Origin: a virus
Lineage: Duplodnaviria; Caudoviricetes
Virus record (IMG/VR): IMGVR_UViG_3300048670_000380
Span: 1-35,213 of that record
Length of the DNA stretch: 35,213 nt
Direction: 5' to 3' (one strand)
In this document: positions 18,123-27,966 of the stretch, one piece after another
How the letters are laid out: the number at the start of each line of letters is the position of its first letter
Position numbering within the stretch: position 1 is the first letter of the stretch
Notes under the pieces: generated by a model
Database searches by the model: none
What the model saw: only the letters and a program-made list of their open reading frames with translations
Told to the model about the DNA's origin: nothing
Translations under genes and position numbers: made by a program

Positions 18123-19705
18123 TCGGATAGCCCTTGGATGTCAAAGTTGCAGAGGGATGTAGAGTAGTATTCTACGTTAATAGAGAAGTCTCGGATGTTT
18201 CCGAAGGTGGTAAGCTGCGCGTATTCCGCCTCATCAGCCACAATCCACGTACAAGGGGTGGCTCGCAGGCCTGCCAAGGTCTTGTAGATACCGTTCAACT
18301 GGGACTTGTCAAACAAGGTGTTCACGCTCAGGTCTTTGCTGTAGCCTTTTTGCACAAATGTGGTAACGCCATTGGCGTCGGTCTTTTTTGTGCTGTAGTC
18401 TGTAATGCCGATGGAAGCCCCGTACTGGGAACCTCCAAGGTCTATCACCTTGCCAACACTGAGATGCCCACAGCGTGTAGTGGAGCCAACAATCCGAACG
18501 GTAACGTAGGACAAGTCGTAGGTGGAAAGGTCTGTCAGGACGTGCTCCGTCTGCTGCTCCACCTCTGAGAAGTAATACTGGTACCAGTCAGATATGACAG
18601 CGCCGTCCAAGAGGAAGACCGAGGAGCGCAGCAGGGCTCCACCGGGCTCACTCAACACACTCACCTCTACGCTAGACCCGACCAACCCAAACAGGCTCAA
18701 GCCTGATGCGTACCCCGGCTTCAATATGTAAATCTGCTCAGTAGCTGCTGTGCTGGCTGTGCTGACTTGAGAGTCAAAGGCGGCCCATGAATTTGAGGGC
18801 CCTTTGTTGAGCCAGTAAGTTGGTGACGTTGTGGGGGTGTTGCCTGTGCTAGGTGACAGGATGCACTCCCAAATCTGCTTGTCGTAAGTCACCCGCTGAT
18901 TGATCGTGTAGGTGGTACCAGCGGCGTAGGCTGCGTCCACGTCAGTCACGTTGGTGTAGACCAGGCCTCCCACTGCCATGTCCGCTGCGCGGGTTGCAGT
19001 GAGGTGAGTCGTCGCGTAGTAGCTGGACAGGTTGCCTTGCTCGTACTGAGCACCCCAGAGGAACACGCTGGACGTGCCGTTACCTGTGTAGGAACTGGTT
19101 GCGCCGCTCACCAACTCAATACGGCTGGTCGCAGAACCTGTGGACAGGGCAGTAGCCTTGCCTGCAATACGGTAGATGCCTCCGTCAAACGCAGTTACAG
19201 AGCAGGTCAGGGTTCCGGTGCTGGTGAACGCTCCGGTGGCCAAGTCAAAAATGGCGAAGTCCGTGGAAGCGAAGTGCGGTGAGTAGCCAGGAGACAGGCC
19301 TATGCGACGGGTGCCCGAGTCGGCCTTCACGAAGACAGAGAACGTGTAGGCCTGACCGGCGGTGACACTACGCCCGGCAGACGTGAGGGTGTGTGCCCCT
19401 GTGCTGCTATCCTCAACCAGTCGGTCCATGGAGACTGTGCCGTCGGGTGCCGTTGCGGTGTTCACCGCAACGGAGGTTCCAGTCTTTGTCCACGCCACAT
19501 CCCCGAATTGGCTGCTGTGAATCTGCAGGTTTGTAGCAGCCAGCTCAGCCAAGTAGCCTTGGAAGGCCTTGGTGAGTGGGTCGAAGGTTACACGCGGCAC
19601 GTCGATGGCTGCGGTCTGCATGACGCCAGCACTGTCTATGTAGGTGGCAGTGCTGGCTCTGGCGAAGGCCCCGGCTGTGACCGGAGTGGGTTTGATTACT
19701 TTCAC
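18119..19705 (-). CDS. Tail-tip/distal tail structural protein with an inserted spike/carbohydrate-binding domain
   Basis: First gene after the tape measure; GTG start; FARASTATY...WGAQYEQG..SSY..T...TRAAD spike-fibre-like domain; C-terminal GITDYSTKKTD...RATPCTWI tail-protein-like domain. Confidence 0.7.
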   Translation of the reverse strand: MKVIKPTPVTAGAFARASTATYIDSAGVMQTAAIDVPRVTFDPLTKAFQGYLAELAATNLQIHSSQFGDVAWTKTGTSVAVNTATAPDGTVSMDRLVEDSSTGAHTLTSAGRSVTAGQAYTFSVFVKADSGTRRIGLSPGYSPHFASTDFAIFDLATGAFTSTGTLTCSVTAFDGGIYRIAGKATALSTGSATSRIELVSGATSSYTGNGTSSVFLWGAQYEQGNLSSYYATTHLTATRAADMAVGGLVYTNVTDVDAAYAAGTTYTINQRVTYDKQIWECILSPSTGNTPTTSPTYWLNKGPSNSWAAFDSQVSTASTAATEQIYILKPGYASGLSLFGLVGSSVEVSVLSEPGGALLRSSVFLLDGAVISDWYQYYFSEVEQQTEHVLTDLSTYDLSYVTVRIVGSTTRCGHLSVGKVIDLGGSQYGASIGITDYSTKKTDANGVTTFVQKGYSKDLSVNTLFDKSQLNGIYKTLAGLRATPCTWIVADEAEYAQLTTFGNIRDFSINVEYYSTSLCNFDIQGLSE

Positions 19706-22700
19706 GCTGCAACCTCTGTAGTTTGTAACGACTCACCGCCTTGAGTGACTTTCTTGAGCACTGCGCTGGTGTAGCCTGTGCTGCCGCAATGGCTCGCAAC
19801 TCATAACTCATGTTCTCCAACTGGCGGCTCTGTTGACGCATGATTTCAGCCTGCTGCGCAATCAAGGCCTCAAGTCTCGCTGTGCTGTCCCCACCGGAGC
19901 CAGCCAACAGGCTTTGGGTCTGAGCAGCATTATAGATGCGACTCGGGCCTGTGGCCTCTAATTCTGGCCCGTTCTCGCCTACCAAGCGCACACCGCCTGT
20001 ATGGAATCCACCTGTAGCGAACGCAGGGATGGATTGGCCAAGAATGGCGGCAATTACGCCGCGCAGCCCGTTAGATGTTTTGTCTGCACCAGCGGCCACG
20101 GCGGCAGCGATTACGTCTTGGGCTGTACCTGTAGACGCGCCCAAGGCCAGCAACTTCTTGTCGATGAGGTCGAGCAGGGCCAAGCTGTCAGCCTTGTAGT
20201 CGCCCATCGACAGAATGTTCTTGTCTACCAAGGCGGCTACGTTCTCTGCATCAGCCAAGACCTTGTTAATCAGGCTGTCTTGTCCGGTGGTCTGCAAAGC
20301 CTCAATCAGCGGGTTGATGAGCGAGTTCACTTTGTCGCTGGCGGCGACCAGGCCTTCGCCTGTGGCGCTTTGAGCCAAGAGTGTGGCTTGAGCGAACTGA
20401 GATTTCAGGTCGTTGGCCTTCTGCTCATCCGTCATCTGGCTGAACTTGTAGCTGCGAATCGTCTCGCGGATTCCTGCAGCGGAGCCGGCCAGCAGGTCGG
20501 CCAAGGCTTTCTGAGCCTCGTAATACTTGACGGTCTCGTCTTTCAACTTGGAGAGTTGAGTCACCGAGGTTGACGACGAGTTCACGAAGTCCTGCATGGC
20601 CTTTTGGTAAAAAAGCACTGCAGCCTTTGCAGCTTCTTGGGCAGTGTTGACGTGCTTTTGCAGGGCGTCCCGCACCAAGGTCTCTGCTTTGACGTTATTT
20701 TGGGCCTGATTGAGTGCCGTTTGGCCTCCTTGACCGGCGTTGCCGCCCAAAGCATTCCATGCGTTGGTCGCAGTAGCTGACCACTGGCCTACGGCGCGAG
20801 AGGCGGCGGCCTCAGCAGCCTTAGCAGCGTTCAGTGCGTTTACAGCGTTGGTGTAGGCTTCTGGCGTGTAAGCCTCGGAACTGCGGTTAAACCAAGGTCC
20901 GACATCCCTCATCAGGCGGCTGGGGGTGGCATTGACCACATTCTGCGCGTTATTGACTGCGCCTACTTTGCTGTACCAGTCTGTACGAGCAGCGCCCAAG
21001 TTGTTTGTGATTCCTTGGTACCAGTCCACCCCTTGTTGGGCGATGCTGACGGTCTTTTGAGCTGTAGCGAGTTTTGCGTTGGATGTGGCCAGTTGGCTCG
21101 TAAGTAGACTGAACCTATCCGCCGTGGCAGTAACTGCACTGTTAGATGGCCCGCCGGACTGAATAGAGGAAATCCGACTCTCAATCTGAGACTTCGATAG
21201 TGACTGTGGCGCTACGATACCTATAGCAGCCTCGCGCACGGACATGCGCTCGCTGGTAATGTCGCCCATGACCTTGCTCACGCGCTCTGCCAAGCCCTCA
21301 AACACCTTTGTGATGGTGGTCATAAAGGTTGCGGTGTCTACGGCTGCCAAGGCTGCGGTCAGCTTGGTGAAGTCGATGTTCGCAGAGTCAGCAGCGACAG
21401 ACAGGTCGTAAATTTGCTGTTGCAGGTTTGCGGCTGCGGTCTGCGCGACGGTCAGGTTGCTGCTCAGGGGTTGAATCCGAGTATCAAAAGCCAGTACGCT
21501 GCTTGCGCTGTTGCCCATGATGGAGTTCATGAACAGCAACTCGTTGGACATAGCGGCAGAGGCAGCAGTCGCAGCGGCCAGTGAACTCACTGTTGGGTTG
21601 GTGGCCGTGCTAGCCAAGGAAGTCAGGCCGGAAGTGACCATCCCGAGGGAGGCTACCACACCGGACTGGCTGCCAGTTACAGCCTTCAGGATAGCCTCGG
21701 CGGCGTCAGTCGCTGCCTTGGACGCCTCTTCAGCCAAGGTTTTCACAGCCGCAGTGGTCGTTGCGAATTCTGGTGCCAAGTTCAGCAGCACTGCATGGGC
21801 GTTGCGACCAGCTTCGGTGTTCAGGTCAAGACCCTCAACAAGTTTTCGGAACCCGTCGTTCGTGGCGGGCAGCGCGTAGCCAAGCAAGGCCAAGGCTTTA
21901 CGCATCTTGGTCTGGCTGTCCGCAATCTTCTCGCCGTTGGAATAGTAGGTGTCGTAGAACGCTTGGCTCACCGATGCGAACTTCTCTAGGCCGCCGTGGG
22001 CCTTCAGAAGTTCAGTGGCAGCCACAGCGCCGGACACGCTCACAGCGTACAGCGCGGCGTGTGTGGCTGTCAGCCATGTGTTCACTACCGTCAGGCTGGA
22101 GGCCAAGCGGGCCAGGGTGTCACGGGCGGCTTCGCCCTCGACCGCGAAGCCTGCAATGTTCGGTACCAGTCGGATAGCCAACTCGTCAGCCATGCCAGAG
22201 AAGATGGCCAGAACGGTGTCTGACGTAGCGCCTGCGGCGATGTCGATGCTCTTGCTGTAGTCTGCGATGGAGGCTGCAGACAGGCCCATAGCCTTAGCAG
22301 AGTCGGATGCAGCAGACTTCACACCCTCGAAAGCTGTAGTCCAGCGCTTAGTGACGGCTGCGTCGATAGCAGAAGTTTCCGTCCAGTTGCGGTCACTGGT
22401 GAACCAACCGCCTTGCTGGTGCATGTTGGCGTAGTTCTCGCCGCTAAAGCCAGAAGAGCCAAAAGTGCCTCGAGTGCCCTGCGCACGAACTTCTGTCGAG
22501 CCGTGACCGAAGGCCCGGTTGACCAGTCCGCCGATGACACCGGCGACTGGGCCGATACCGGGAATCATGCTGGCGATACCGGCGATGGCATCTACGTTGA
22601 GGCCGTCAATTTTGAAACCGCCCGAGAGCGCTTTGCTGATACCGTAACCGCTCACACCGTTGAGCACGGAACCAGCAATCACGCCGGCCAACTGAGCACC

Positions 22701-25700
22701 GCCAGCTTGGGCTGCCATACTGGCAGACTGCATAGTGGCTGTGTTTGTCATACCTGAGCCGAACTCACCCAAAAGGCTTCCGATGGGGCCTGCGCCAGTT
22801 TTATCCACAAGGAATTGACCGACATTCGCGCCGACGTTCAGGCCCCCGGTCAACTTGTCGTATAGGCTGCTCAGGTTGTTCAAGATGGTGGACCCTGGCC
22901 CGCCTAGGCCGCCCAAGGTTCCGGTGCCGCCGAACGCGGTGCCACCCATTACCGAGCTGAACATGGCCTGCATGTTCACCTTGATCGGCTTGCTCAACTC
23001 GTCTTCCAAAACCTTCTTCAGGTTCTTGGCGCTCTGGTCACCGCCCACGGTCAGCCCGTCGATTACAGCGTCAGCCAAGGAGCCGGCCAGCTTGTCGCGT
23101 TCGGAGTTGGCCAAGATTGTCTTGGCGGTGGCCGCAGCCCGCTCTTTAATTCCTGCACCCTTCTCACCCTTGAGCTGGTCCATCTCCGTGCGAAGTGCAA
23201 GGATTTGGGCGTTGTACTTGTCCATCAAGTCTGTGGCGGCGGTGATTGGCACACCGCTGTCCATTTGAGACGAGATGAGGGCATCCAAGTTCTCTTGGGC
23301 AGCCTTCAAGTTGGGCACCAGTTTGTCGTACTGGTCGTTCAGTGCTTCCTGTGCGGCGGCGGAGGCCCGCACACCTGCAGCGTAGGACGGGTCAGCGTAG
23401 CGCAAGGATTCGTCAAGTGCGGCAGCGGCAGCGGCCTTAACTTGGGCCTTGTCCTGTGCATCCCAGAATTCTTGGGAGGTCTTCTTGAGGTCGTGCAGAG
23501 CTTTGCCCACTTTGATGATCTCAGTTTCGACCAAGCGGAAGGTGGCGCTGGCTGCCTTCGCCTTCTCGGCGGAGATTTTCTCAAAGAAAGACTCAGCGGA
23601 GTTTTGGGCGCTGGAAATCTTAGTTTCCATATCCTTGACTGCTTTGGAAACTTCCTCTGGGGTGGCTTGTGGATTGGACTTCTTCCACTTGTCTGTGGCG
23701 TCCTTGATGTTCGTTATTGCTGCCTCGTAAGCTTTGGAGTAGTTCTTAGCATCCAGTTCAAGTAGGGCGGTTTTCTCATCAGAGAAAGCGCGAGTCATAG
23801 ACAAGAGTTCAGCAAAATACTGGCCCTCGTTAATCATCTCCGCTTCCCGCTTAACCTTCAGGATTGCCAGCTTATCAGACTCCAGCTTGTCAAGCAGGTT
23901 CACGGCTGTAGTGTTGCGCTTGGCAAGCTCTGCCAAGGTGTTGTCTTGGTTTAGGTCTAAAGGGGTGAGGGCTTTGCGGCCATCTCCAGCACCGGTACCC
24001 CCGAAGGTTTGGGTGCCGGGTGGCTTAGGTGGCGTCTTTGCGTTCAAGGCGTCGGCTGCTCGGCGGGCGTCTGCTTGACGTAATGCTGCCTTCTCTGTAT
24101 CTTTCGCAGCCTGCTCCATATTGATGTTTGCGTCTGCAACAGCGCGAGAGGCAGCGGAGGCCGCCGTACGGAGGTCAGCAAGTCTGGCCTGCTGGTTCTT
24201 GAACCACACAGCACTCCCACCTTGCCCCTTGGGGGCTGTCATGGTCTGGGCAGCCCGGTAGGAGTCCCACGCCTTTGACGCCTTGCTCTCAAGGTCATCA
24301 ATAGCTTTAACGCCGACACTCTTAACTTCGCCGCCCCTAACCTTCGCCTCAGCTTCTGCCAAGGTGAGGCCTGTGCGTCGTAGTTCGTTCAACTTCTCCA
24401 AGCGTGCGGCTTCATCGTTCAGAGCTTTGATGACGTTGTTGTTATACAGGTCCGTGGCAGTCTGGGCTGTATCGCTAGACTTAGACCTCCACCAGTCGTA
24501 ACCGATCCACGCAGCGGTGCCCAAGCCTACCGCCACGTTCAGGCCAGGAATCAAGCGGGCAAGTCCAAGCATGCCGGCGGCTTTGCCTGCGGTTGCGGCG
24601 TTTCCTGCAACGGTCGCTGCAGTCTCTGCCGTTATAGCAGCAGTGTTGCGCACCGTCGCGGCGGTGTAGAGAGCCTTAGCCCCTACCAGCACCTCCAAAA
24701 CAGCAGCAGAGCCCATCTGCACAACCTTCAGGGCGGTGTAGGCTGTGACTGCTGCGCCGATTACACTGAGGTTTTGGCTCAGAACCATACCCAAGCGGGC
24801 AACACCTTCCACCATAACGCTCAGGCCTTGGATAAACTCAGGAGAAGCGAACGTGCGGCGCAGAGAGTCCATCGTCACCAGCAACGCCGGCTCCATCTCG
24901 CGGAAGGCCTCGTTCATGCTTGAGCTGATGGTTGCCTTCAGGCTCTTGAACTGGTTTTCTGAGGTCTGTGCCAACTTAGCCGCGCTGATGGACGCAAAAC
25001 CGTAGTAGTCAAACAATTCAGATTGCATCTGGGCCAACGCGCTGCCCATAGATTTTCCGGTACGGTCTACTTGAGTGTTGACCATATCCAACAGCTCGAT
25101 AATGCCCTTGGCACCGCGTTCCGACAAAACGGCTTGTAGGAAGTCCTTGCGAGCGGCACCGGTCATTGGGGCCATTTTTTCGTTCAAGTCTGATACAACC
25201 TGTATCAGGGGCTTGAAGTTTCCGTTGACATCACGGGCCTCAATTCCTACAGATTTAAGGGCCTTAGCCACTGCTTGAGTTCTACCAGACAAGTCCGAAT
25301 AGGCATTACGCAAGGCCGTGCCTGCTGCTGAACCTTCAATACCTAACTGAGACATTGCAGCAATAGCAGTCGCGGTATCTTCCAAGGATACACCGTACTG
25401 TTTGTGAATTACCGAGGCGGTTTTCATAGCCTCTGAGAAAGACTCTACGCTAGTTAGAGACAGGGCAGACGCCTTAGACACCACGTCCGAGACTTTAGCA
25501 AAACCTTCAGCCCCCATGCCGAACGCCGTCGATACCGTCATCAACGTCTTTGCAGCGGTCTCAATGTCTGTCGTACCTGCTACAGAGAAGTCAAGAACTG
25601 TCTTAGTCACAGCCAAGATGTCGTTTGCCTTCAGGCCCGCCAAGGACAAGGACTTCATGGCGTTAGCGATTTCCAGTGGACCGAACGGCCCCGACTTGCC

Positions 25701-27062
25701 CATGCGGTCTAGCTCAGAGTTAAGTCGAGACATCTCCTCAGCAGTGTTACCGCCCAAGACCTTGATGACTTCCATGGTGTGCGCCACCTGCATGCCTGTC
25801 TTAGCTGTCTGTACGAACCCGTTGGAGATAGCAGCCCCAATGAACAGTGGTCCGAGGTTACCCCATGTCAACCACAGGGCGTTGAAGCCGGAGGCCAGAC
25901 CGCGAACACCTGAATGCAGGTCGTTGGCACTGTCATTGGCCCGTCGAAACCCGTCAGACAGTTGCTTGAGGTCGTTCGGTGTAGGCTTAGTCGGGCCTGC
26001 TGGTGCTGCTGGAGCCTTAATCGGTGTCGCCCGCAGCGCGTTGTACGGTGTGTAGGAGCCGACGACTTCATTTCCAGCCAAGCGTTGGCCTGTGGTGCCG
26101 ATGTTTGCTGTGCGGGCCTGCTCCGCAGCTGCCACGCTCATGCTCGCTTCTTTTTTAGCCTGAGCTACCAAGAAAGCTCCACGCGCCAAGGACTCTTTGC
26201 GTCGAGCAATGTAATTTTGGTCAGACTGTGCCTGCGCAGACGCCAAACTCTTGAGGCTGGCTTCATAGCGGGCTGCCTCTTCTGCAGCTTGCTCGGCTGC
26301 GGCGGTAAGACTAAGGCCTGTCTCTTTCTTGACCTTTGACACCAAGAAAGCTCCACGCGCCAAGGACTCCTTGCGTCGAGCAATGTAATTTTGGTCAGAC
26401 TGTGCCTGCGCAGACGCCAAACTCTTGAGGCTGGCTTCATAGCGGGCTGCCTCTTCTGCAGCTTGCTCGGCTGCGGCTGCTACCCGTAGACGCTCAGCTT
26501 TCTTAAACTCTGTCAACTGGGAGGCCTGAAATCCTCCCAAGCGAGCGCCTTGCCTGCGCCACGCTGCCAACTCCTCGCCCTGTAGCTGACCCATCTTCGC
26601 CAGTCGATGCTCATAGGCACTTTGGATTTCTCCCGTCTGCGCCCGAACCAGGTTAAGGTTCATCCTCTCGCCGCTAGACAACTCGGCCCGCATCTGTTCT
26701 TGTGCCTGCTTGAACGTCCCTGCGATGCCTGTCTTTTCGATAGACTTCATGGCTTCAGCCATACGGCCCAAGCTCGTCTTGGACGCCTTGCCGAGCTTCT
26801 CTACTTTTGCGTCATAATCTGACGCTGACTTTATAAAGTTACCGAAAGCCTCTTCCTGCGCTTTTATATTCTTTGTAGAGCCGGGAGAGGCGAAGGCATT
26901 GGCAAAATCTACTCCGGCAGGGGCGGCAGACTTCATCGCGGAAGCTGCTTTGGTGGCTGTAGTGCACAGCTTATCCAAGGCCTTGTCCATCCGGTCGAGT
27001 TTTGCCAAGTCCCCTGCCGGGATGTTAACGCCTATTTCCAGTTTATCGTTGCCTTCGCTCAT
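19545..27062 (-). CDS. Tail tape measure protein (TP901-type core); true end probably 19702 (see findings)
   Basis: 2,505-aa Ala-rich helical ORF after the G/GT chaperones; TP901-like core (GIEGSAAGTALRN); C-terminal PAFATGGFHTGGVRLVGENGPELE. Confidence 0.93.
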   Translation of the reverse strand: MSEGNDKLEIGVNIPAGDLAKLDRMDKALDKLCTTATKAASAMKSAAPAGVDFANAFASPGSTKNIKAQEEAFGNFIKSASDYDAKVEKLGKASKTSLGRMAEAMKSIEKTGIAGTFKQAQEQMRAELSSGERMNLNLVRAQTGEIQSAYEHRLAKMGQLQGEELAAWRRQGARLGGFQASQLTEFKKAERLRVAAAAEQAAEEAARYEASLKSLASAQAQSDQNYIARRKESLARGAFLVSKVKKETGLSLTAAAEQAAEEAARYEASLKSLASAQAQSDQNYIARRKESLARGAFLVAQAKKEASMSVAAAEQARTANIGTTGQRLAGNEVVGSYTPYNALRATPIKAPAAPAGPTKPTPNDLKQLSDGFRRANDSANDLHSGVRGLASGFNALWLTWGNLGPLFIGAAISNGFVQTAKTGMQVAHTMEVIKVLGGNTAEEMSRLNSELDRMGKSGPFGPLEIANAMKSLSLAGLKANDILAVTKTVLDFSVAGTTDIETAAKTLMTVSTAFGMGAEGFAKVSDVVSKASALSLTSVESFSEAMKTASVIHKQYGVSLEDTATAIAAMSQLGIEGSAAGTALRNAYSDLSGRTQAVAKALKSVGIEARDVNGNFKPLIQVVSDLNEKMAPMTGAARKDFLQAVLSERGAKGIIELLDMVNTQVDRTGKSMGSALAQMQSELFDYYGFASISAAKLAQTSENQFKSLKATISSSMNEAFREMEPALLVTMDSLRRTFASPEFIQGLSVMVEGVARLGMVLSQNLSVIGAAVTAYTALKVVQMGSAAVLEVLVGAKALYTAATVRNTAAITAETAATVAGNAATAGKAAGMLGLARLIPGLNVAVGLGTAAWIGYDWWRSKSSDTAQTATDLYNNNVIKALNDEAARLEKLNELRRTGLTLAEAEAKVRGGEVKSVGVKAIDDLESKASKAWDSYRAAQTMTAPKGQGGSAVWFKNQQARLADLRTAASAASRAVADANINMEQAAKDTEKAALRQADARRAADALNAKTPPKPPGTQTFGGTGAGDGRKALTPLDLNQDNTLAELAKRNTTAVNLLDKLESDKLAILKVKREAEMINEGQYFAELLSMTRAFSDEKTALLELDAKNYSKAYEAAITNIKDATDKWKKSNPQATPEEVSKAVKDMETKISSAQNSAESFFEKISAEKAKAASATFRLVETEIIKVGKALHDLKKTSQEFWDAQDKAQVKAAAAAALDESLRYADPSYAAGVRASAAAQEALNDQYDKLVPNLKAAQENLDALISSQMDSGVPITAATDLMDKYNAQILALRTEMDQLKGEKGAGIKERAAATAKTILANSERDKLAGSLADAVIDGLTVGGDQSAKNLKKVLEDELSKPIKVNMQAMFSSVMGGTAFGGTGTLGGLGGPGSTILNNLSSLYDKLTGGLNVGANVGQFLVDKTGAGPIGSLLGEFGSGMTNTATMQSASMAAQAGGAQLAGVIAGSVLNGVSGYGISKALSGGFKIDGLNVDAIAGIASMIPGIGPVAGVIGGLVNRAFGHGSTEVRAQGTRGTFGSSGFSGENYANMHQQGGWFTSDRNWTETSAIDAAVTKRWTTAFEGVKSAASDSAKAMGLSAASIADYSKSIDIAAGATSDTVLAIFSGMADELAIRLVPNIAGFAVEGEAARDTLARLASSLTVVNTWLTATHAALYAVSVSGAVAATELLKAHGGLEKFASVSQAFYDTYYSNGEKIADSQTKMRKALALLGYALPATNDGFRKLVEGLDLNTEAGRNAHAVLLNLAPEFATTTAAVKTLAEEASKAATDAAEAILKAVTGSQSGVVASLGMVTSGLTSLASTATNPTVSSLAAATAASAAMSNELLFMNSIMGNSASSVLAFDTRIQPLSSNLTVAQTAAANLQQQIYDLSVAADSANIDFTKLTAALAAVDTATFMTTITKVFEGLAERVSKVMGDITSERMSVREAAIGIVAPQSLSKSQIESRISSIQSGGPSNSAVTATADRFSLLTSQLATSNAKLATAQKTVSIAQQGVDWYQGITNNLGAARTDWYSKVGAVNNAQNVVNATPSRLMRDVGPWFNRSSEAYTPEAYTNAVNALNAAKAAEAAASRAVGQWSATATNAWNALGGNAGQGGQTALNQAQNNVKAETLVRDALQKHVNTAQEAAKAAVLFYQKAMQDFVNSSSTSVTQLSKLKDETVKYYEAQKALADLLAGSAAGIRETIRSYKFSQMTDEQKANDLKSQFAQATLLAQSATGEGLVAASDKVNSLINPLIEALQTTGQDSLINKVLADAENVAALVDKNILSMGDYKADSLALLDLIDKKLLALGASTGTAQDVIAAAVAAGADKTSNGLRGVIAAILGQSIPAFATGGFHTGGVRLVGENGPELEATGPSRIYNAAQTQSLLAGSGGDSTARLEALIAQQAEIMRQQSRQLENMSYELRAIAAAQATPAQCSRKSLKAVSRYKLQRLQRESNQTHSGHSRGLRQSQHCHLHRQCWRHADRSHRRAACNLRPTHQGLPRLLG
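26167..26477. repeat. Near-exact 137-bp direct repeat within the tape measure gene (26167-26303 and 26341-26477; 174-nt period)
   Basis: Encodes AAAEQAAEEAARYEASLKSLASAQAQSDQNYIARRKESLARGAFLV twice; one mismatch seen. Confidence 0.92.
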
Positions 27063-27129
27063 GCTGCTGCCCTCAAGTTATCGCCTGATTTTACCCGGTT
27101 TGACCTGAATCCTTAGCAACAAAAACGAC

Positions 27130-27155
27130 AAAAGCCAGCACTGCCGCTGGCTTTT
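27130..27155. terminator. Bidirectional-type hairpin after the GT chaperone gene
   Basis: AAAAGCCAGC-ACTGCC-GCTGGCTTTT. Confidence 0.7.
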
Positions 27156-27157
27156 CT

Positions 27158-27480
27158 TTACTTCTTATCGGCTTTGAAGGCTTTGTAGGCCCTATCAAGC
27201 ACCTGAACCCCCCACCACAAGTCTTGAGCATCCCAAAATCCTATGTGGTGGTGCCGGCAGTAAGCATTGAATTCAACCAAGGTGAGCCGGTTGACTCCTG
27301 CCATTGCGGCCTGCCTCATCTCTGACAATTCCCAGAACACCTGCATGGTGTTCTGTAGGTGTTTCTGGATTGTCGGTCGCCGGGCAAGGGCTGCAGGGCG
27401 AATGCCTGAATCTTCTTCAAACTTGAGCAGCTCTGTCAAAGACGGTGCCCACTCAAGTTCCCAGATCAGGCACTCCTCTA
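27158..27480 (-). CDS. Tail assembly chaperone, -1 frameshift extension (gpT-like)
   Basis: The -1 frame is open from the slippery site (LEECLIWELEWAPSLTELLKFEE...FWELSEMR...LD) to TAA at 27158; no SD at the TTG start given in the ORF track. Confidence 0.8.
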
Positions 27481-27879
27481 GTTTTTTGCGTCTTCGGCCT
27501 CTTGCTCAGCTTTGAAGGATTCAAAGTCCTCGCTCACGGACGAGATGTAACGGCGGAAGTCCTTGATGGCCAGCAAGCGCTTTGCGTTCTCGGTGCTGTA
27601 ATCCAGCTTCTCGCCCTTGATGGCGACGTGGCCCTTCCAGCCCAAGAGGATAGTCTTGGCCATAACTTCGCCCATCAAGCTCTCATTCAAGGCTTCAGCA
27701 GCTTCGCCCTTGGACTCCAAAGCGACCTTGTTGCGCTTGTACATGCTGGCCAAGAGTCGGTTGTACTTGGCGTTGCCGGCACGAGCGACCAAGAAGCTGA
27801 CGCCATTGCCGTACTCGACCCAGCGGCCTTCTTGTTCGGCTTTTTCATCGACAGCGAAAGTGGAAAAAATATCTAACAT
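27478..27879 (-). CDS. Tail assembly chaperone (gpG-like)
   Basis: Start moved to ATG 27879 (AAGGA upstream); EQEGRWV..FLVARAGN...LLGWKG...YS.ENA..LL pattern; ends AKN*. Confidence 0.85.
   Translation of the reverse strand: MLDIFSTFAVDEKAEQEGRWVEYGNGVSFLVARAGNAKYNRLLASMYKRNKVALESKGEAAEALNESLMGEVMAKTILLGWKGHVAIKGEKLDYSTENAKRLLAIKDFRRYISSVSEDFESFKAEQEAEDAKN
27481..27487 (-). other. Programmed -1 ribosomal frameshift slippery site A AAA AAC
   Basis: Minus strand GCA AAA AAC TAG; the -1 frame continues into the downstream ORF; canonical position before the tape measure gene. Confidence 0.85.
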
Positions 27880-27933
27880 AGGATTCCTTGTGGTGGTGGT
27901 TGGTTGATTCCGGTGCAGAGTATATCGCAAATT

Positions 27934-27966
27934 AAAAAGGCTCCGAGAAATTTCTTCCCCGGAGCC
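27934..27966 (-). terminator. Intrinsic terminator downstream of the tail tube/HNH genes
   Basis: Minus strand GGCTCCGGGGA-AGAAAT-TTCTCGGAGCC followed by TTTTT. Confidence 0.75.
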
